Shown: positions 24,001 to 37,090, numbered from the whole stretch's first letter. The stretch: 63,811 nt of DNA, filler included, from Reticulomyxa filosa (GCA_000512085.1; 14 parts of 14 records of this genome joined end to end with filler, not necessarily neighbours in it); one strand, 5' to 3'. Program-made: numbers and translations. The notes: generated by a model not told the origin, from the sequence alone.

Positions 24001-27000
24001 TTCCCATCTTCTTCTTCCTCTTCCTCCTCCTCCTCCTCTTCTTCTTCTTCTTCTTCATCATCCCCAGGAGATGCCATTTTACTGTTCGCAACTCGTTCCT
24101 TTTCACGTTGCAAATACGCGTATATCGAGTATTGTCTTTGCAACAAAAGCTGCAATCGATAAGATCCCGTCAGCAATGTGCAATAGGCCAACTCCAAACT
24201 CTCTTTATTCGATGCCAACAATGCAGTCGAGTCACTCACAAATTTTTGTGCTAACGCCTCCATTCCGGCCTATGTTAAATCATTTCATATATATATATAT
24301 ATGTATGCATATATAATAATATATGTATGGCATTACCTCTGGAATGGTATTGAAAATTCCATATTCCCACAGTTTGACGCTAAGATGAGAATCATTTTTG
24401 ATAAGCACCTCCACATCTTGGACAAAATCAAGCCACTCTTTTTTTTTGCTTTCATCGCCAAAATACAGGGACAGATCGAGTTGCTTTGCATTTGTTTTTG
24501 CGTCACCTATCTTTTGTGTTGCCTCTTTTGCTTCTTCATCGGCCTCCTTGTCTTCTTCTTCATCCATCTCTTTGTCGTCCTGGCTATTTGCTGTGTCGTC
24601 TTGCTTCTGATTGTCAGCGTTTTAGCTTGACTTTCCGTCAATCCGTTCAGAATTGCGGTAATTTCGTGATGTTCTTTTGTCTTTCCGTACTAAATAAGAT
24701 CATACACATGTTTATTGTAATTTGTGTACAATTTGAAACAAAAGAAATCAACAAAAAACAAAACAGTAATTGCCGCCGACGCTTTGATGCATTCCAATAG
24801 AAAGTCAGAGTATTCAGAATGCATAGTTTGCTTTTGCAGATATATTGTCTTTGGACGCGCTTGTTTCAATATATAGTATAGCAACTTCAGCCACAATTTG
24901 AGGCTTAACACTATCGTGCAATCCTTTTAACCATTGCTCCAATGTCTTTTGTCCTCTTTGCAGTTGCAATTGTGACAATTTCGAATTCAATTCATCCACT
25001 TCTTTGTGATCCTCACACAAACGACGAATGATCCATGAAAAATGTTTCATGTGTGTTAACATATCCGGAAAGAACACGCATGATTGTCTTTTATGTTTTG
25101 ATTGTTGAATATATAAAAAAAGAAATATGTAATATAATAATAATAATAATATATAAGCAACAAAACTGGAGCGGATCCAATCGTAAAGCAACAAATTTCT
25201 TTTTAATGTGAAAAAGATCGTCGACGATCCACAATGGATTAACGTCGTTGTCGTGATCAGTTTTGCGTTTTTGCACGCTTCGCACGTACGCTTGCAATAG
25301 TAAGATCAACTGCGATCTGTGCATGTTATATATACGTAATACAGTATCGTTTGATAAAAAACAACAAATAGTAAATAACATACAACATACAAATTGGACA
25401 CAAGTTTGGTTTTTTTCAAATCGCTGTATAAATTTCCAATTTCGGTTAAATCGTGGAGCAATCGACTTCTATCAGCGTCAGCGTATACATGCGTAGACGA
25501 ATGAAATATGCACTCGGACAATACATCGGCCAACAGTTCAAAAATGGTGTCACATAGACTCAAAGCACTTGCTTGTCCATCTTTTCATTCCCAACATTGT
25601 TTTGTAATTTACATATTTACATATATGGCAAAGAAATAAATGTTAACTCGGAGCTGTGCTTGACATGTGGTATTTAAGGGCAGAGCGTGTATCTAATCAT
25701 AACAAGGTCGTTCTTTTTTGTTTTGTTTTTTTTAAAAAACTTATTTAATTTTTCCCTCCTATTGCTTTCCATTCCCCCCCCCCTTCAAAAAAGGTACATA
25801 TGTACTTGTATTACAAATAACAAACCGGTTCCACTTTTGACCGGATCATAATGGAATTGCAGAGACTTCAAGGCCGACATTAAATCTCCCAATTTGATAG
25901 TTCTCTCCAATAAGTCCTCTGAAAAGAACAGCTCATTGACGCGTTGGTAGATGAAAATTTTTTGTGAGCGCAGAGTGGACAACGTGCCGACGACGACGGA
26001 CTTGGTGGCGTCGGCAATTTTCGTAGTATATCCAGTTTTTCCTCCAATCGTGTCTCCAGAATTGACAATGTTGCTGTTCGAGCCGGAAGCGCCATTGCCT
26101 CCGTTTGCATCTGCATTGGGCCTTTCATACTTGATGGCCAAGGTTTCCTCCTGCCATCCGAGGTCATGTTTACGATATTCGATGAGTTTGCCATTGGGCA
26201 ACTCCTTGCTGGCATTTGGTCTGCCTAGCGTGTCTTTGTCGATGCTGAGAGCTTCTTTGGGCAAAAGATTGATCACACTGTCGTGACTCATTAAATGCAC
26301 ATGCCATATCAGTCCATTCAACAACTCTGCCATAAGATATTCCGATGGATCAACTGGGATGGTGTTCCGATTGTTTTCCGCGCTGCCAATGGGACGCATG
26401 CGAGGACTCTCTGTTTTGTTTTCTTTTTTTTTTTTTTTTTTTTTTAAATGGATATGAATTATTTGCAAATCAAATAAAAAAAATAAAAAAATATATGTAT
26501 GTATGTATACATATACCAGTGTGCAATGCTGGTACACGATAAGCAGTCTTTGGTTGCCAGACAGCAGCGCGTATCCAAATTCTGCGACGATAAACATGCC
26601 TTTGATTGGGACTATCAGTGGACTTCCATCGGAATGGCTCCGTGGTCAACTTGTGACAATACATCCATCCACTTTTGTCGTATGTTTCAACATTTAACGC
26701 ATGATCGTCCAAGTCATCGTTGACAGAGGTGGGACGCGAAATGCTGGAAGCCACACTTCCTCGACTCTGTGAGCTCGGCTCATCGTCGTCGTCGTTGTGA
26801 TTGTTTTTGGGACTTTTCTTCACTTTGCTGTTTTCCGGTGACTTGTTCCGCGACTGCTCGCGTCCGCCTTTGCCATTGTCGTGTGAGGTCTTCCGTGGCG
26901 TTTTCGGCTTCGTGTCAATTTTCATCATACTTTTCAGTTTGTCCCCAAATCCACCTGATTTTTTCATTGCACAATTCACCCACACACACACATAATATAC

Positions 27001-27551
27001 ACATACATATATGTGTAAATTAAAAAAAAAAACACAAACATCTTCTTTCGATGAGCCGTCGCTATGACCAGTGACAGCCCCACCAATCTTGTGCATCATT
27101 TTGACAAACTTGCTGTCTTCCCTTTCGTTTCGATTGAGATCCAAGTCGTTGAGATCATGAGCACCGTTGGCGGACACGGGCGTAAGCGAAGGTGTATTGT
27201 GGTTGCTTCCGCCTCCGCCAGGGGACGTGGCAGTGAGTCCACCTTTCGACACCGTCTTCTTTGACTCGGGCAACAGGAGCTTCGGCGACTTGAGATTATT
27301 CAACATTGGGTTGTTCTCCTCCACCATTGACCGAGCCGCTTGAACATTTTCCAGCGATGGGATCAAAATGCTCCAGCCTTGATTACAAAAAAAAAAAAAA
27401 AAAAAGAAAGGGTAATAAGATAGACTCAAATTAAATATCAAAAGAATATTACTATTATAATATTCTTAATATGCACAAACCTTCAGCCCATACCCATTCT
27501 CCTTTATTCGTTCCGCTAGGCAACGGTAGATCATGTGGTCTTACAATATGC
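21055..27551 (-). CDS. Large multi-exon Munc13/PATROL1-like MUN-domain protein with N-terminal DysF domain and C-terminal C2 domain; 5' partial
   Basis: DysF: LPLPSGTNKGEWVWAEGWSIL ... TYDKSGWMYC..WKSTDSPNQRHVYRRRIWIR. MHD2-like: LIGRTPRLFRAQDNLIITKDFDELLDLF and VLHVLTHRANEEAQSYV. C2: LRVIIHAGKNL..ADP..KSTRVMRRALNPTW..FEVMDWDPASSNDFVG..GQLLVTI. Confidence 0.75.
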
Positions 27552-27809
27552 CTACATGCATGGCATAGTACACGTTTCAACATTTTATTTCCCTTCCGTC
27601 CCTTCTTTCCTTCCTCCCCTCTTTCTCCCTCCCCCCCCNNNNNNNNNNNNNNNNNNNNNNNNNNNNNNNNNNNNNNNNNNNNTTAATTAATTAANNNNNN
27701 NNNNNNNNNNNNNNNNNNNNNNNNNNNNNNNNNNNNNNAAAAAAATGAGCTATTATTATTATTTTTTTAAATAAATAATTAATAAAAAAAAAAATTAAAA
27801 AATAAATGA

Positions 27810-29065
27810 AGATATTATAACATCCATTACAACCATGCATTGTCAGAAGGAAAATGGATTTCGGTGATCAATCCGAAAACATTGACAACAAGTGTTTATG
27901 AGCGACATCAATGGTTTGCCATAGAGGAAAACAAGCGCACATTTGGCAATCCTCGATGGCTATGTAAAAAGATATTACTACCATTATGTGCGTTTGCAAT
28001 TATCGTCATCATCATTAGCGACTCCTTGCAACTTGGCTCTGTCAGCAGGATTTTCGAAATTGTCATTCTTTTTGTTTTTGGCTTTTTTGGGCTCTATTTA
28101 TGGTTTGTACTTCCTGTTTTCAATATAAAAAAAAGGAGTCTACGTGGAGGATGCATAGACGTATCACTTTATTGCTCTCTTTTTATTTGTTAATTGGTTG
28201 ATTTTTTTTACGTTTTAAACACAAGCATTTTTGCATGTGGTTGCTCACACTTTCCTTTTGTATTCGTTTGGAGGGACATTAAAAAAAAAAAGGATTAATA
28301 CTCCGGCGTATGTAGATTATATTAATATCAAAAGTGAGGTCAAGAAAGTATTGTATTGGCTACTGTTTTTGGGAACTACTTTCGCAATATACACGATAAT
28401 ATCGCTTATTGACGTAGACTACAAATACCTGTCTTATTTTTGGTATTTGAGCATCTTTCAGCCACTGTTTTGTATTGGAGACTTGGGATGTATTATGACC
28501 ATGACGTATGGTGTACTCAAGTCAGAAAAACTGCTACGTTTTATGAAGAGCTATCGTGGAGAAATTCGACATTTGTCTTCTTTTGCACTATATGCTAATG
28601 ATAAACAGAATGCAACACGACACAATTTGACAGTTCAACATCAAATATTCAAACAAGCACCACCAAGACAACACAATGATGAGAAAGATCATCACGAAAA
28701 ATTTATCAATCACTTGGGTCTAGAAGATTTTTTAAGTGAAATTCATCGATTGGAAGTACTTATGGATTTTTTGTTTGGTGAATTTTGCCAAGAAAATTTG
28801 TTAGGTTAGCAATAAAGTAAAAAAAAAATTATGTTCACAATGTTTTGTGTTGATGCATGCATAAAAAAAAAGCAATTATTGAATTTATGCAATTTAAAAA
28901 TTCTTTGGCGGTCAAAAATGAAAACGGTGAAGATATAAACGTCGTTTTGCCACCTGAAGTAGTAAAATCAGAAATCGTGTTTGATGCAGATTTGACACCC
29001 CAACAGAAGTTTAAATTTCTCGTGGAAAAATACGTAGTTTCCAACGCCCCTTATTGCTTAAACCT
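27810..29065 (+). CDS. Multi-pass transmembrane protein with C-terminal RGS domain (7TM-RGS type), partial
   Basis: Several hydrophobic helices, then LMDFLFGEFCQENLL/AIIEFMQFK (intron 28805-28872) and LVEKYVVSNAPYCLN, which are RGS core motifs. Confidence 0.8.
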
Positions 29066-29165
29066 NNNNNNNNNNNNNNNNNNNNNNNNNNNNNNNNNNN
29101 NNNNNNNNNTTAATTAATTAANNNNNNNNNNNNNNNNNNNNNNNNNNNNNNNNNNNNNNNNNNNN

Positions 29166-29669
29166 TGTTGTTGTTGTTGTTGTTGATGATGATAATGGCT
29201 CGACGACGTGCTATCACGATGTCCACTAGCAAATAACAGCGCGTCATCCATGCTTTGGTTGGCGCTGAAGACGCCCGTCTCCATCAACTCCTTCGCTGTC
29301 GGACGCTGCAGCAGCTTCAGTTCCAAGTCGTCCATGCTCTGTTGTCGACGTGATTTCATCTGCTGCGCCGCTCGAGTGGGGTCGTCGCTCGCGCCAACCG
29401 GCAGGATCCCGCGTGCCTCCAGCTCTTTGATCGTCGGTCGCAACTCATTCGACAGCTTGCGTCTCAACGTGCGCTTGCGCTTGTCACGCAGCGAATTGCG
29501 TTCCGACGCCGGCAACGACGGCAAGATGTTCTTTTCCCAAAGGTCCGACTCCGCCGGCCGTCGTTCTAAAAAACTTTCAATTGTCGAACTTTCCAAAATT
29601 TTCGTCGATACTTTTCGTTTTCGAAACTTCCACTTAATTTTTTATATATAAATAAATAAATACATATGC

Positions 29670-29709
<40 letters not shown>

Positions 29710-30717
29710 TTATTTAATTACCCTTTTATCCACATTTTGCTCAGGCCTGCTTCCAGTTTGATAACGAGGAGTACGTGTAATGGTTAGATCGTCATTGTAA
29801 TGGTCAGTGCTTATGTCAATGTCATGTCTGTCATTGGCCTCGACGACGCCCGTGTAGTCTTCGCTTCTCAGTATGTTCTTTTGCAACAGTGTTTCTGGGG
29901 ATGGCCTCGTCACAAATTTTGTCTGCAAGTTGGTGGAATTGCGTCGCTTGTTGTCCGCCAATGTTAATTGCACATTTTCATCCTTTCTCATACAAGCGCA
30001 ATATTACATTAATTATTAGTTATTATTTATCACACATACATATATGTATATATGTATATATGTATATATGTATATATATGATACAAAACTGCATCCTCAG
30101 TTAACAAAATTCCACGACCAATCAACTCTTCCTTTTCTGGACGAAACTTCTTAGACAATCGCTGACTTAACTTGGATTGGATTTGTCGCTTGTGTTCAAA
30201 CTTTTTGTAATAACTTTGTCCCGAGTAAAGAATATTCTTTTCTTTCAACTCTTCATGCTCTGGTCTTTGTGATAACAATTCTGTCAACGCTTCGATCGAC
30301 TCACGCCGCTCCCATCTTCGCGTATCCACTCCACTCTCGTTTGGGTTCGCTGGCTTGTAACGATAACGATACTTACCTGCATTCCCTCCGTTTTCCTGGT
30401 CTTTCAATTCTGCTGTCCCTTTTGCTTCATTTCCTCTTCTTTCTGTTTTTTTGTTGCTTGCATTTGTTGCTCCACTACTTTGATACATTTCTTCCACTAT
30501 TTGTGATGGGAAATATGGTGATGCTGGGGATGGAGCTTCGCTCCGTTGTCCACGTAAATCTCGACGAATTAGCTATATTATTTTTCCCCCCAGATTACGT
30601 GTGATTATTATTATTATTATTATTATTATTGCACTTGATCTTTCAAACTCTTGTTTTTGCTTTTTTTTCCCCAAGTTTTCTCAAAGAAAGGAATTGCACT
30701 ACCTTGACTTGCGCCAT
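29166..30717 (-). CDS. Multi-RPEL-repeat (G-actin-binding) protein, 3' partial
   Basis: At least six RPEL motifs: LSQRPEHEELKEKNIL, KFRPEKEELIGRGIL, VTRPSPETLLQKNIL, ERRPAESDLWEKNIL, LRPTIKELEARGIL, LQRPTAKELMETGVF. Confidence 0.85.
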
Positions 30718-30976
30718 CACCTACCCATAAATAGAACTTTTTTTAAAAGGGGAGGTAAGAACTTTTAAATACTTATTGGCCAAAAAAATCAGCTTTTTAT
30801 TTTTTGTAGAATAATATATCACAAAAATTGATTTACTTCTCCTACTTTGATGCTGAGAAACATTCGTTGAATAGTCTAAAAAAGAATGAACCAAATTTGT
30901 CTGAAGTTTTTTTTTAAACAACGTTACCCGAAATGTTTCACAAGCAAACAACGGAAAAAAGTGCTTGGGCCGACAT

Positions 30977-31745
30977 TTATTTACTTTTGGATTTAAGTTG
31001 TATTCGAGGTTTGTATTCATCACTGACAAGGCGGAAAATATCAGTCAAAGAAATGACACCAGTTGGATGCTTGGAATTATCAACAACCCAGATGCGATGG
31101 TATCTCGTTTCGATTAACTTGTCAATGACAACCCGCAGGGTATCGTCCAGAGTAACAAAGCCCACTGAACGTGTTTTGGTTTTATCTTCAGAGCGAATTT
31201 TTGTGAGAAAGCCTTCAATGGTCATATCCAATGACGCTTGATGTTGTAGCCATAGTTTGATATCCGTCGACGATGTGTTATGTACAATTTCTTTGTTTGC
31301 ATTGACAACAGCCAATCCAGATAAATTGCGGTCTCCCATTAATTTAAATGCTTCATCTAACATAAATTAAAAAATATATGTGTATTATGTACGTATTATA
31401 AATATGTATATGATACAATACAGCCATCTTGCACAACACACACACACATAGACACACACAATACACAATAGAAAGACATAACGTGCAGGAAGATTGGTGG
31501 GTACAGACACGACAGGAGATTTGACAAAGCCGCACGAGTGCAAAATGCGCAAAGAGACGTCAAGCTTGAGTTTCGAAAATAAATGAGCAATTTGGTGAAA
31601 AGCCTCTCCTTGAGAAATGATCCCAGTAAGCTTGAAGCTCTTGGGCTGGGTAATGCCGATCACGTGATTCCCATAGCACAGGGTATTGAGTAATGTCAGC
31701 ACACTGTCTTCCGTTTGCAGTGTCTTGAAGTGTCTCATTTTTGCT
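30977..31745 (-). CDS. CBS-domain protein (AMPK-gamma/Sds23-like), 5' partial
   Basis: AFKLMGDRNLSGLAVVN..STDIK; TLRVVIDKLIETRYHRIWVVDNSKHPTGVISLTDIF. Confidence 0.85.
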
Positions 31746-31767
31746 TTTAAATAATTTTATATTTGAT

Positions 31768-31798
<31 letters not shown>

Positions 31799-31905
31799 GT
31801 GTGTANNNNNNNNNNNNNNNNNNNNNNNNNNNNNNNNNNNNNNNNNNNNTTAATTAATTAANNNNNNNNNNNNNNNNNNNNNNNNNNNNNNNNNNNNNNN
31901 NNNNN

Positions 31906-32917
31906 TTGTGTTTGTGTTTGTGTTTGTGTTTGTATTTGCATTAGTGTTTGAGCTGATGTTGGCATTGGACGATATGCTTGCATTGGCATTGGCATTGGTA
32001 TTGGTATTAGCAATCAAGTTTATATTGGAATTAGTTGCACTTGCACTTGCACTTGTACTTGTACTTGAATTGGCATTAATATTTGCACTTGCAATTGCAT
32101 TAGTAGTGGAAGTGGACGAGGTGAGAGTAGTACTATAAGAAGGTAAGGCATTATTAACTGCCTTTTGTGAATGCAATGATCGTACTTTCGAGTAATGAGT
32201 GCTGCCAGTGTTACTACTACTACTACTACTACTACTACTGTTGCTATTACTGCCACTGCTATTGCTATTACTACTATTACTACTATTACTGCTGCTGCTG
32301 CTACTACTATTATTGCTACTGCCAATGTCGGCCGAACTATGTCCAACTGGCGTGGTCGCCGAGGCCGTGGGGTTGGCACTATATCCACTGCTGCCGTTGA
32401 AGGTGTTGTGAAGCTTGATGAAACTCTTGGTAAAATCGTGTTTGGAATTACCCTCGTCGTCGGCTCCAATAGTGTTGCGTCGACGCGTACGAGGCGCGGC
32501 AGTTTTCACAGCTCGATAGTCGTTGAACGCCGTTTCGGTCGTGCGCGTCTTCACTGCGGACGACTTGCTTCCAATGCCCCCACTTGCACCTGCCATGAAA
32601 CCCATCATCGAACTTACGCTTGGTGCGGCCCCTACGTTTGACAACTTGCCACTTCCGCCACTGCTGCCTCCTACTCCTACTCCTCCTGTGCCCCCTAGGC
32701 TGCTTGTACTTCCACCGAATCCGGTGTTCGGCAGATTCGATATCAATGAACTACTACCGCTGCCGCCGCCGCTGTTGCTGTTGATACTGCCACTGCTGCT
32801 TATGCTGCCACTGCCACTGCTTCCTAGTGCAGACGATGCTGACATCCCCATACTCTGCTTCAACGGGGAAGGGCGAGGGTGGGATGCTGTTGTTTTCATT
32901 TCTTCGTATTCTGTCAT
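31906..32917 (-). CDS. Low-complexity Ser/Gly/Asn-rich protein fragment
   Basis: Long open frame with poly-S, GS and NT/NA microsatellite-derived tracts, truncated at a linker. No domain recognised. Confidence 0.55.
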
Positions 32918-33478
32918 TCACAACAACAATAACAACAATTACAATTTTCATTCCCATTACAAATTACAATCAATACATTTTACAATTTGCTTTTGTTGCT
33001 GCTATTACATAGAAGGGGGGGGGGCGTTTTTTTTGTCCCCTTTTTTCTTCCTCTCCCCCCCCCTCCCTTCCTAAATATTTCTTTTTGACATTTTTTCATA
33101 CCAACTTATTTGTGCATACATACACATATATATACACATATACGTATTTTAAAAAACAACCAAAAAATACACAGAATAAAGAAAACTTGGTGAATAATTT
33201 GGATGCGTTGCCATCACGAATTCACATTCACAGACTCTCAAAAGAACTAGTGAGAGTGTGTCTTTACGTTTGCGTTCCTCAATAAAAAAAACCACTTAAA
33301 CAAAGATGATGATCTCCTCTTCTAGTATCTTTGGGATTATTAACACGCAATTGCTGAAATTGATGCAAAAGCCACAAGNNNNNNNNNNNNNNNNNNNNNN
33401 NNNNNNNNNNNNNNNNNNNNNNTTAATTAATTAANNNNNNNNNNNNNNNNNNNNNNNNNNNNNNNNNNNNNNNNNNNN

Positions 33479-35034
33479 GTGGATTGCGTCCCTTCAATCA
33501 CAAATGCACTTCTTGAGGTTGCATTTGCATTTGAATCATCTTGCTTTCTTTCCTTCTCAATTGGAAATGATTTCATTTTTTCAACATTGTAAGATACATC
33601 ATTTTTTTGTTCTTCTTTCATTGTGAATTGAATTTTACCACCCGTACTCTTTTTTTCTTTTTCCTTCTTGTCTTGTGTAGTTTGTTTATCCACGTAAAAA
33701 TTGTCCAATTCACTCTGCGACACCTTCATACAAACAGTTGAACAGACTTCCAGCAATACTCTCAAAAAAAGGGAAGAAGCATTGCCTCGCTTAATATCTG
33801 CAAATGAATCTGTGTCTGGCCAAAAAAATAACACAATGTCCACATTGCTTGATTTAGACATCAATTCCAATTCTTTTGGAGTTTTGTCCAACTTCAAAAA
33901 GGCGTCCTTCAAACTAACTATTGCATACACGCCAGTGCTAAGACATTCACTATTTTTTTCACTGCTTAATAAGTCTTGCATCGGTTTGGATATGCAATTG
34001 AATGTTTGCAATTGCCAAATCACTTCTTCCTTTGTTCCAAACAATCCAAATGGATGAATTTTCAAATGTTTTAAATCACCCATGCTAATTTTGGAGGCAC
34101 TCTCCGTAGATATGGTCGATTTGCCTCCAATGAAATTTATAAACTTTTCCAAATGATCCGAATTCAGCACCGGTTTGGATGCCAACGCATTATCTTGAAC
34201 TTCAAATATGAACTGTTGCAATGTAAATACAATGAACTGATCATCGTAAAATCCACTTGCATGCTTGTAGATTCGACCTCTCTTTTGTTCATCAGAAAAC
34301 ATTGGCAAATCCACTTTCACTGTTCGTAACATTTGTTCAAATGGATTAGCAAAGGTGTTATTGATTTGGTTCTCATCGGTATTGTTTTTGTTTTCAATCA
34401 CCATTGTTAATGTCTGTTCAACTAAATATAACTTTTTTTGTACCAATGCCACTGCATCTTTGTTGACACTACCACAAATATCAAATGTTTGCTTTTGTTC
34501 CTCTTCTTTTGTTTCTTCATCTTTTCCGGCCATCTCTTTCACTTCGAATCCGCACAACCTAAGGAAGATGCGCTCGATCTCAAATTCCCCTGAACTATGA
34601 TCCCATACATATATACACACACATGCATAAGTACATCAAATTAAAAGACCGATTTCATTAAAGATTGCTGACATTTAGAGTTATCTCAACAAGAATTATA
34701 TGTTTTTTATTGCAATTGCAAAAAAAAAAAGAAATAAAACGGAGTCGCTTTTCGCTACGTACCCTTGTGCTTTCATGTCTCCCAGAGTGCCTTTCAATTT
34801 CTGAAAGTACTCCTCAAATTTACCGCTGCCGAAATTTTTTAAAGTATTTTCAAATCTTGGACGGTAGTGCTTTCGATGGCTTTCTTGAACCTTGGACAAA
34901 CGAACACCAATATCTTTCAATGTAGTTTCTACTTTCAACTCCAATTTTTCTGCTTGCAACTCCTCTTCCGATATAGTCACATTGATGCTACTTGTTTCTT
35001 TTTCTTCATTCGTGATAGCACTTTCAATATCCAT
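33479..35034 (-). CDS. N-terminal part of a large uncharacterised protein, 3' partial
   Basis: Two long coding exons (about 34740-35034 and 33479-34590) with globular composition. Motifs HPFGLFGTKEEV, LSTGVY, LFFWPD. Confidence 0.7.
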
Positions 35035-36661
35035 CGTTTAACTGAAGCTTCTTGACCCAACTCTCTCAAAGGTACCAAAGTTTTGTCGAAACTTAAAAAC
35101 TCTTTTCGAACTATTTCAATAAAGTAACATGTATATGCAACAATAATTTTATTTTTTTCTAATAATCCTTTAAAAATGAGCCCAAAAATGTATTATTCAG
35201 TTTTATTTTTACTATTCAAAAGAAATGGCAGTGATTGCTTGAGAAATCCCAACAAAACGGCAGCGGCTTGTAAAAGGGGCAATATTGATGGTATCATACA
35301 AAACAAATTACAAATTATTGTGTTCGCGAAAGAAAAATAGTGAAGCCTTTTATACAGACAAAATCAAAAGCGTGATTATTCGTAATGTGTGAAATTTTTC
35401 TAAGTAAAATCAGTCGTTGCTTTTTCGAGACTTAATGCCATCAATATGTTTTGTTTGTATGAAAATCGCCCTGATGCCGGAGAAGAATATTCTTGTACCA
35501 TATATTTAATATGGCAAATGCTTTCAGAAAAAAAATTAAACATTCGTTTTAAGTCATCCAAAAGAATCAAACAACAAACTCAAGAAATACTTACTTTTTT
35601 GATTTTGTTTAAGGGTCTTAAGGGAACAAAAAAAAGGAACGAATGAGTCAACACAAACTCAAGCAAAAGAAAAAACAAAAATTTTTTGCAGCGTTAAAAA
35701 AAGAAAAACATCTTCGATCAAATATCAAACAAGAAACAATGATATTGAAGAATATGTGTTTGTTTAGACAAAAAGAAAAAAAAACGCTAATATTTAAATT
35801 GAAAAATCGTATACGAGCGATACTACTTTTAAATTCAATGTTCAAATAACCAAAAACAAATTTTAAAAAATTCAAATAGAAGTATATACGTTTAAACATA
35901 TGCATACACTCCATTTTAATTTTTTTTTGTAAAAAAAGTAAAGTAATAAGACGAACAAACAGAAGGAATAGCACTAATAAATAACAACAAAGTTTTCAAC
36001 TATTATGCAATGATATAATACATGGTACATAAAAGTTTGCAACGCTCTGCTTCTGATATCGGTTTCATGTCCTAACGATCTACCAATCATCAGCTCAAAT
36101 TTCGTCGATATTTTGAAAACATTAACAATCTTATTTAGATCCTTCTTACATTTGAACTGAATCTCTTGTACTTAGGATTATGTATACGGAAATAAAGATT
36201 CGAAACAAATTAATTCCATTTTGTGTTGACGGCAATAGAATACGACAGTTCTTATCCCTTTGAAAGTGTAAACAATAAAATGATTATATTTTGTAAATTT
36301 TCCCTATCTATAATAGAAATGCATATCAGAAGAAAAAATGTCACGTGACACGTTCTAAACGTTCAACTACCCATTATTGCTCTTATCGTCCGAGGTAAAT
36401 GCCCTTTGGAAAATAAAGCCTAACCAAGTCAAACATTTGTAAAACTAATCTATTTCGATGCGATCTTCAAAACATTATCGTTAAAAAGAAGAAGACTACA
36501 AAGCCTTGCTAAACGGCATGGCATTAGAGCAAATGACAAAGTTTTGTAAAAGAAAGAAATAAGTGTAATTTTTTGTAATCAAACTGAAAGACTGGAAACA
36601 TTAGAAAGCCTTTAAACTACAACAAACAACCAAAAAAAAATTTATAACAATGATAAAAAAA

Positions 36662-37090
36662 GGACAAAGATCAGAGCGTCATAAATGAATGAACATATTT
36701 GAAGATAACATAAATTTAATATTGTAATGTGATGAGCCTAAGTGCTTATGATCGAGTGCTATGACGAAACATTCAACGTGTTTGACGGCCTCACTCAAAA
36801 TCACATCTTTTATAACACCGAATTTATCGTGTTCTTCAATAAGGTAGATATGTTTAATGTCAAAAATTGTTGCTATGCCGTTCACCACTTGCGTCCCTTC
36901 CTTCAATGTAGAGTTGATTCATGATCGTAAAAAAGTCGTAGGTTGTGTGAGCATCAAGTTTGAAACAGAATACTGAAGCAATGCACCACAAACCAATCAA
37001 CTCCATTTTTCGAATCAGCGGGATATTTTCTTTCATGTTACATGTGCCACCGACACTAGGCGCATGTAACAGGTTATCAACGATGTCCAA
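36662..37090 (+). pseudogene. Heterotrimeric G-protein alpha subunit pseudogene (C-terminal half)
   Basis: GQRSERHK*MNIFED (switch II), VMSLSAYDRVL*, FIVFFNKVDMF (NKxD) and FHVTCATDT (TCAT) occur in the correct order, with stops, frameshifts and deletions. Confidence 0.88.

Noticed and set aside
31908-33074. Plus-strand poly-L/V/Y/T ORFs, and similar ones at 18368-18764 and 54220-56023
   Set aside because: Antisense or off-frame shadows of microsatellite-rich or long genuine coding regions.
36662-36710. TGA at a conserved Trp position in G-alpha, suggesting UGA=Trp recoding
   Set aside because: The same region has other stops, frameshifts and deletions, and RPT4 terminates normally at TGA.
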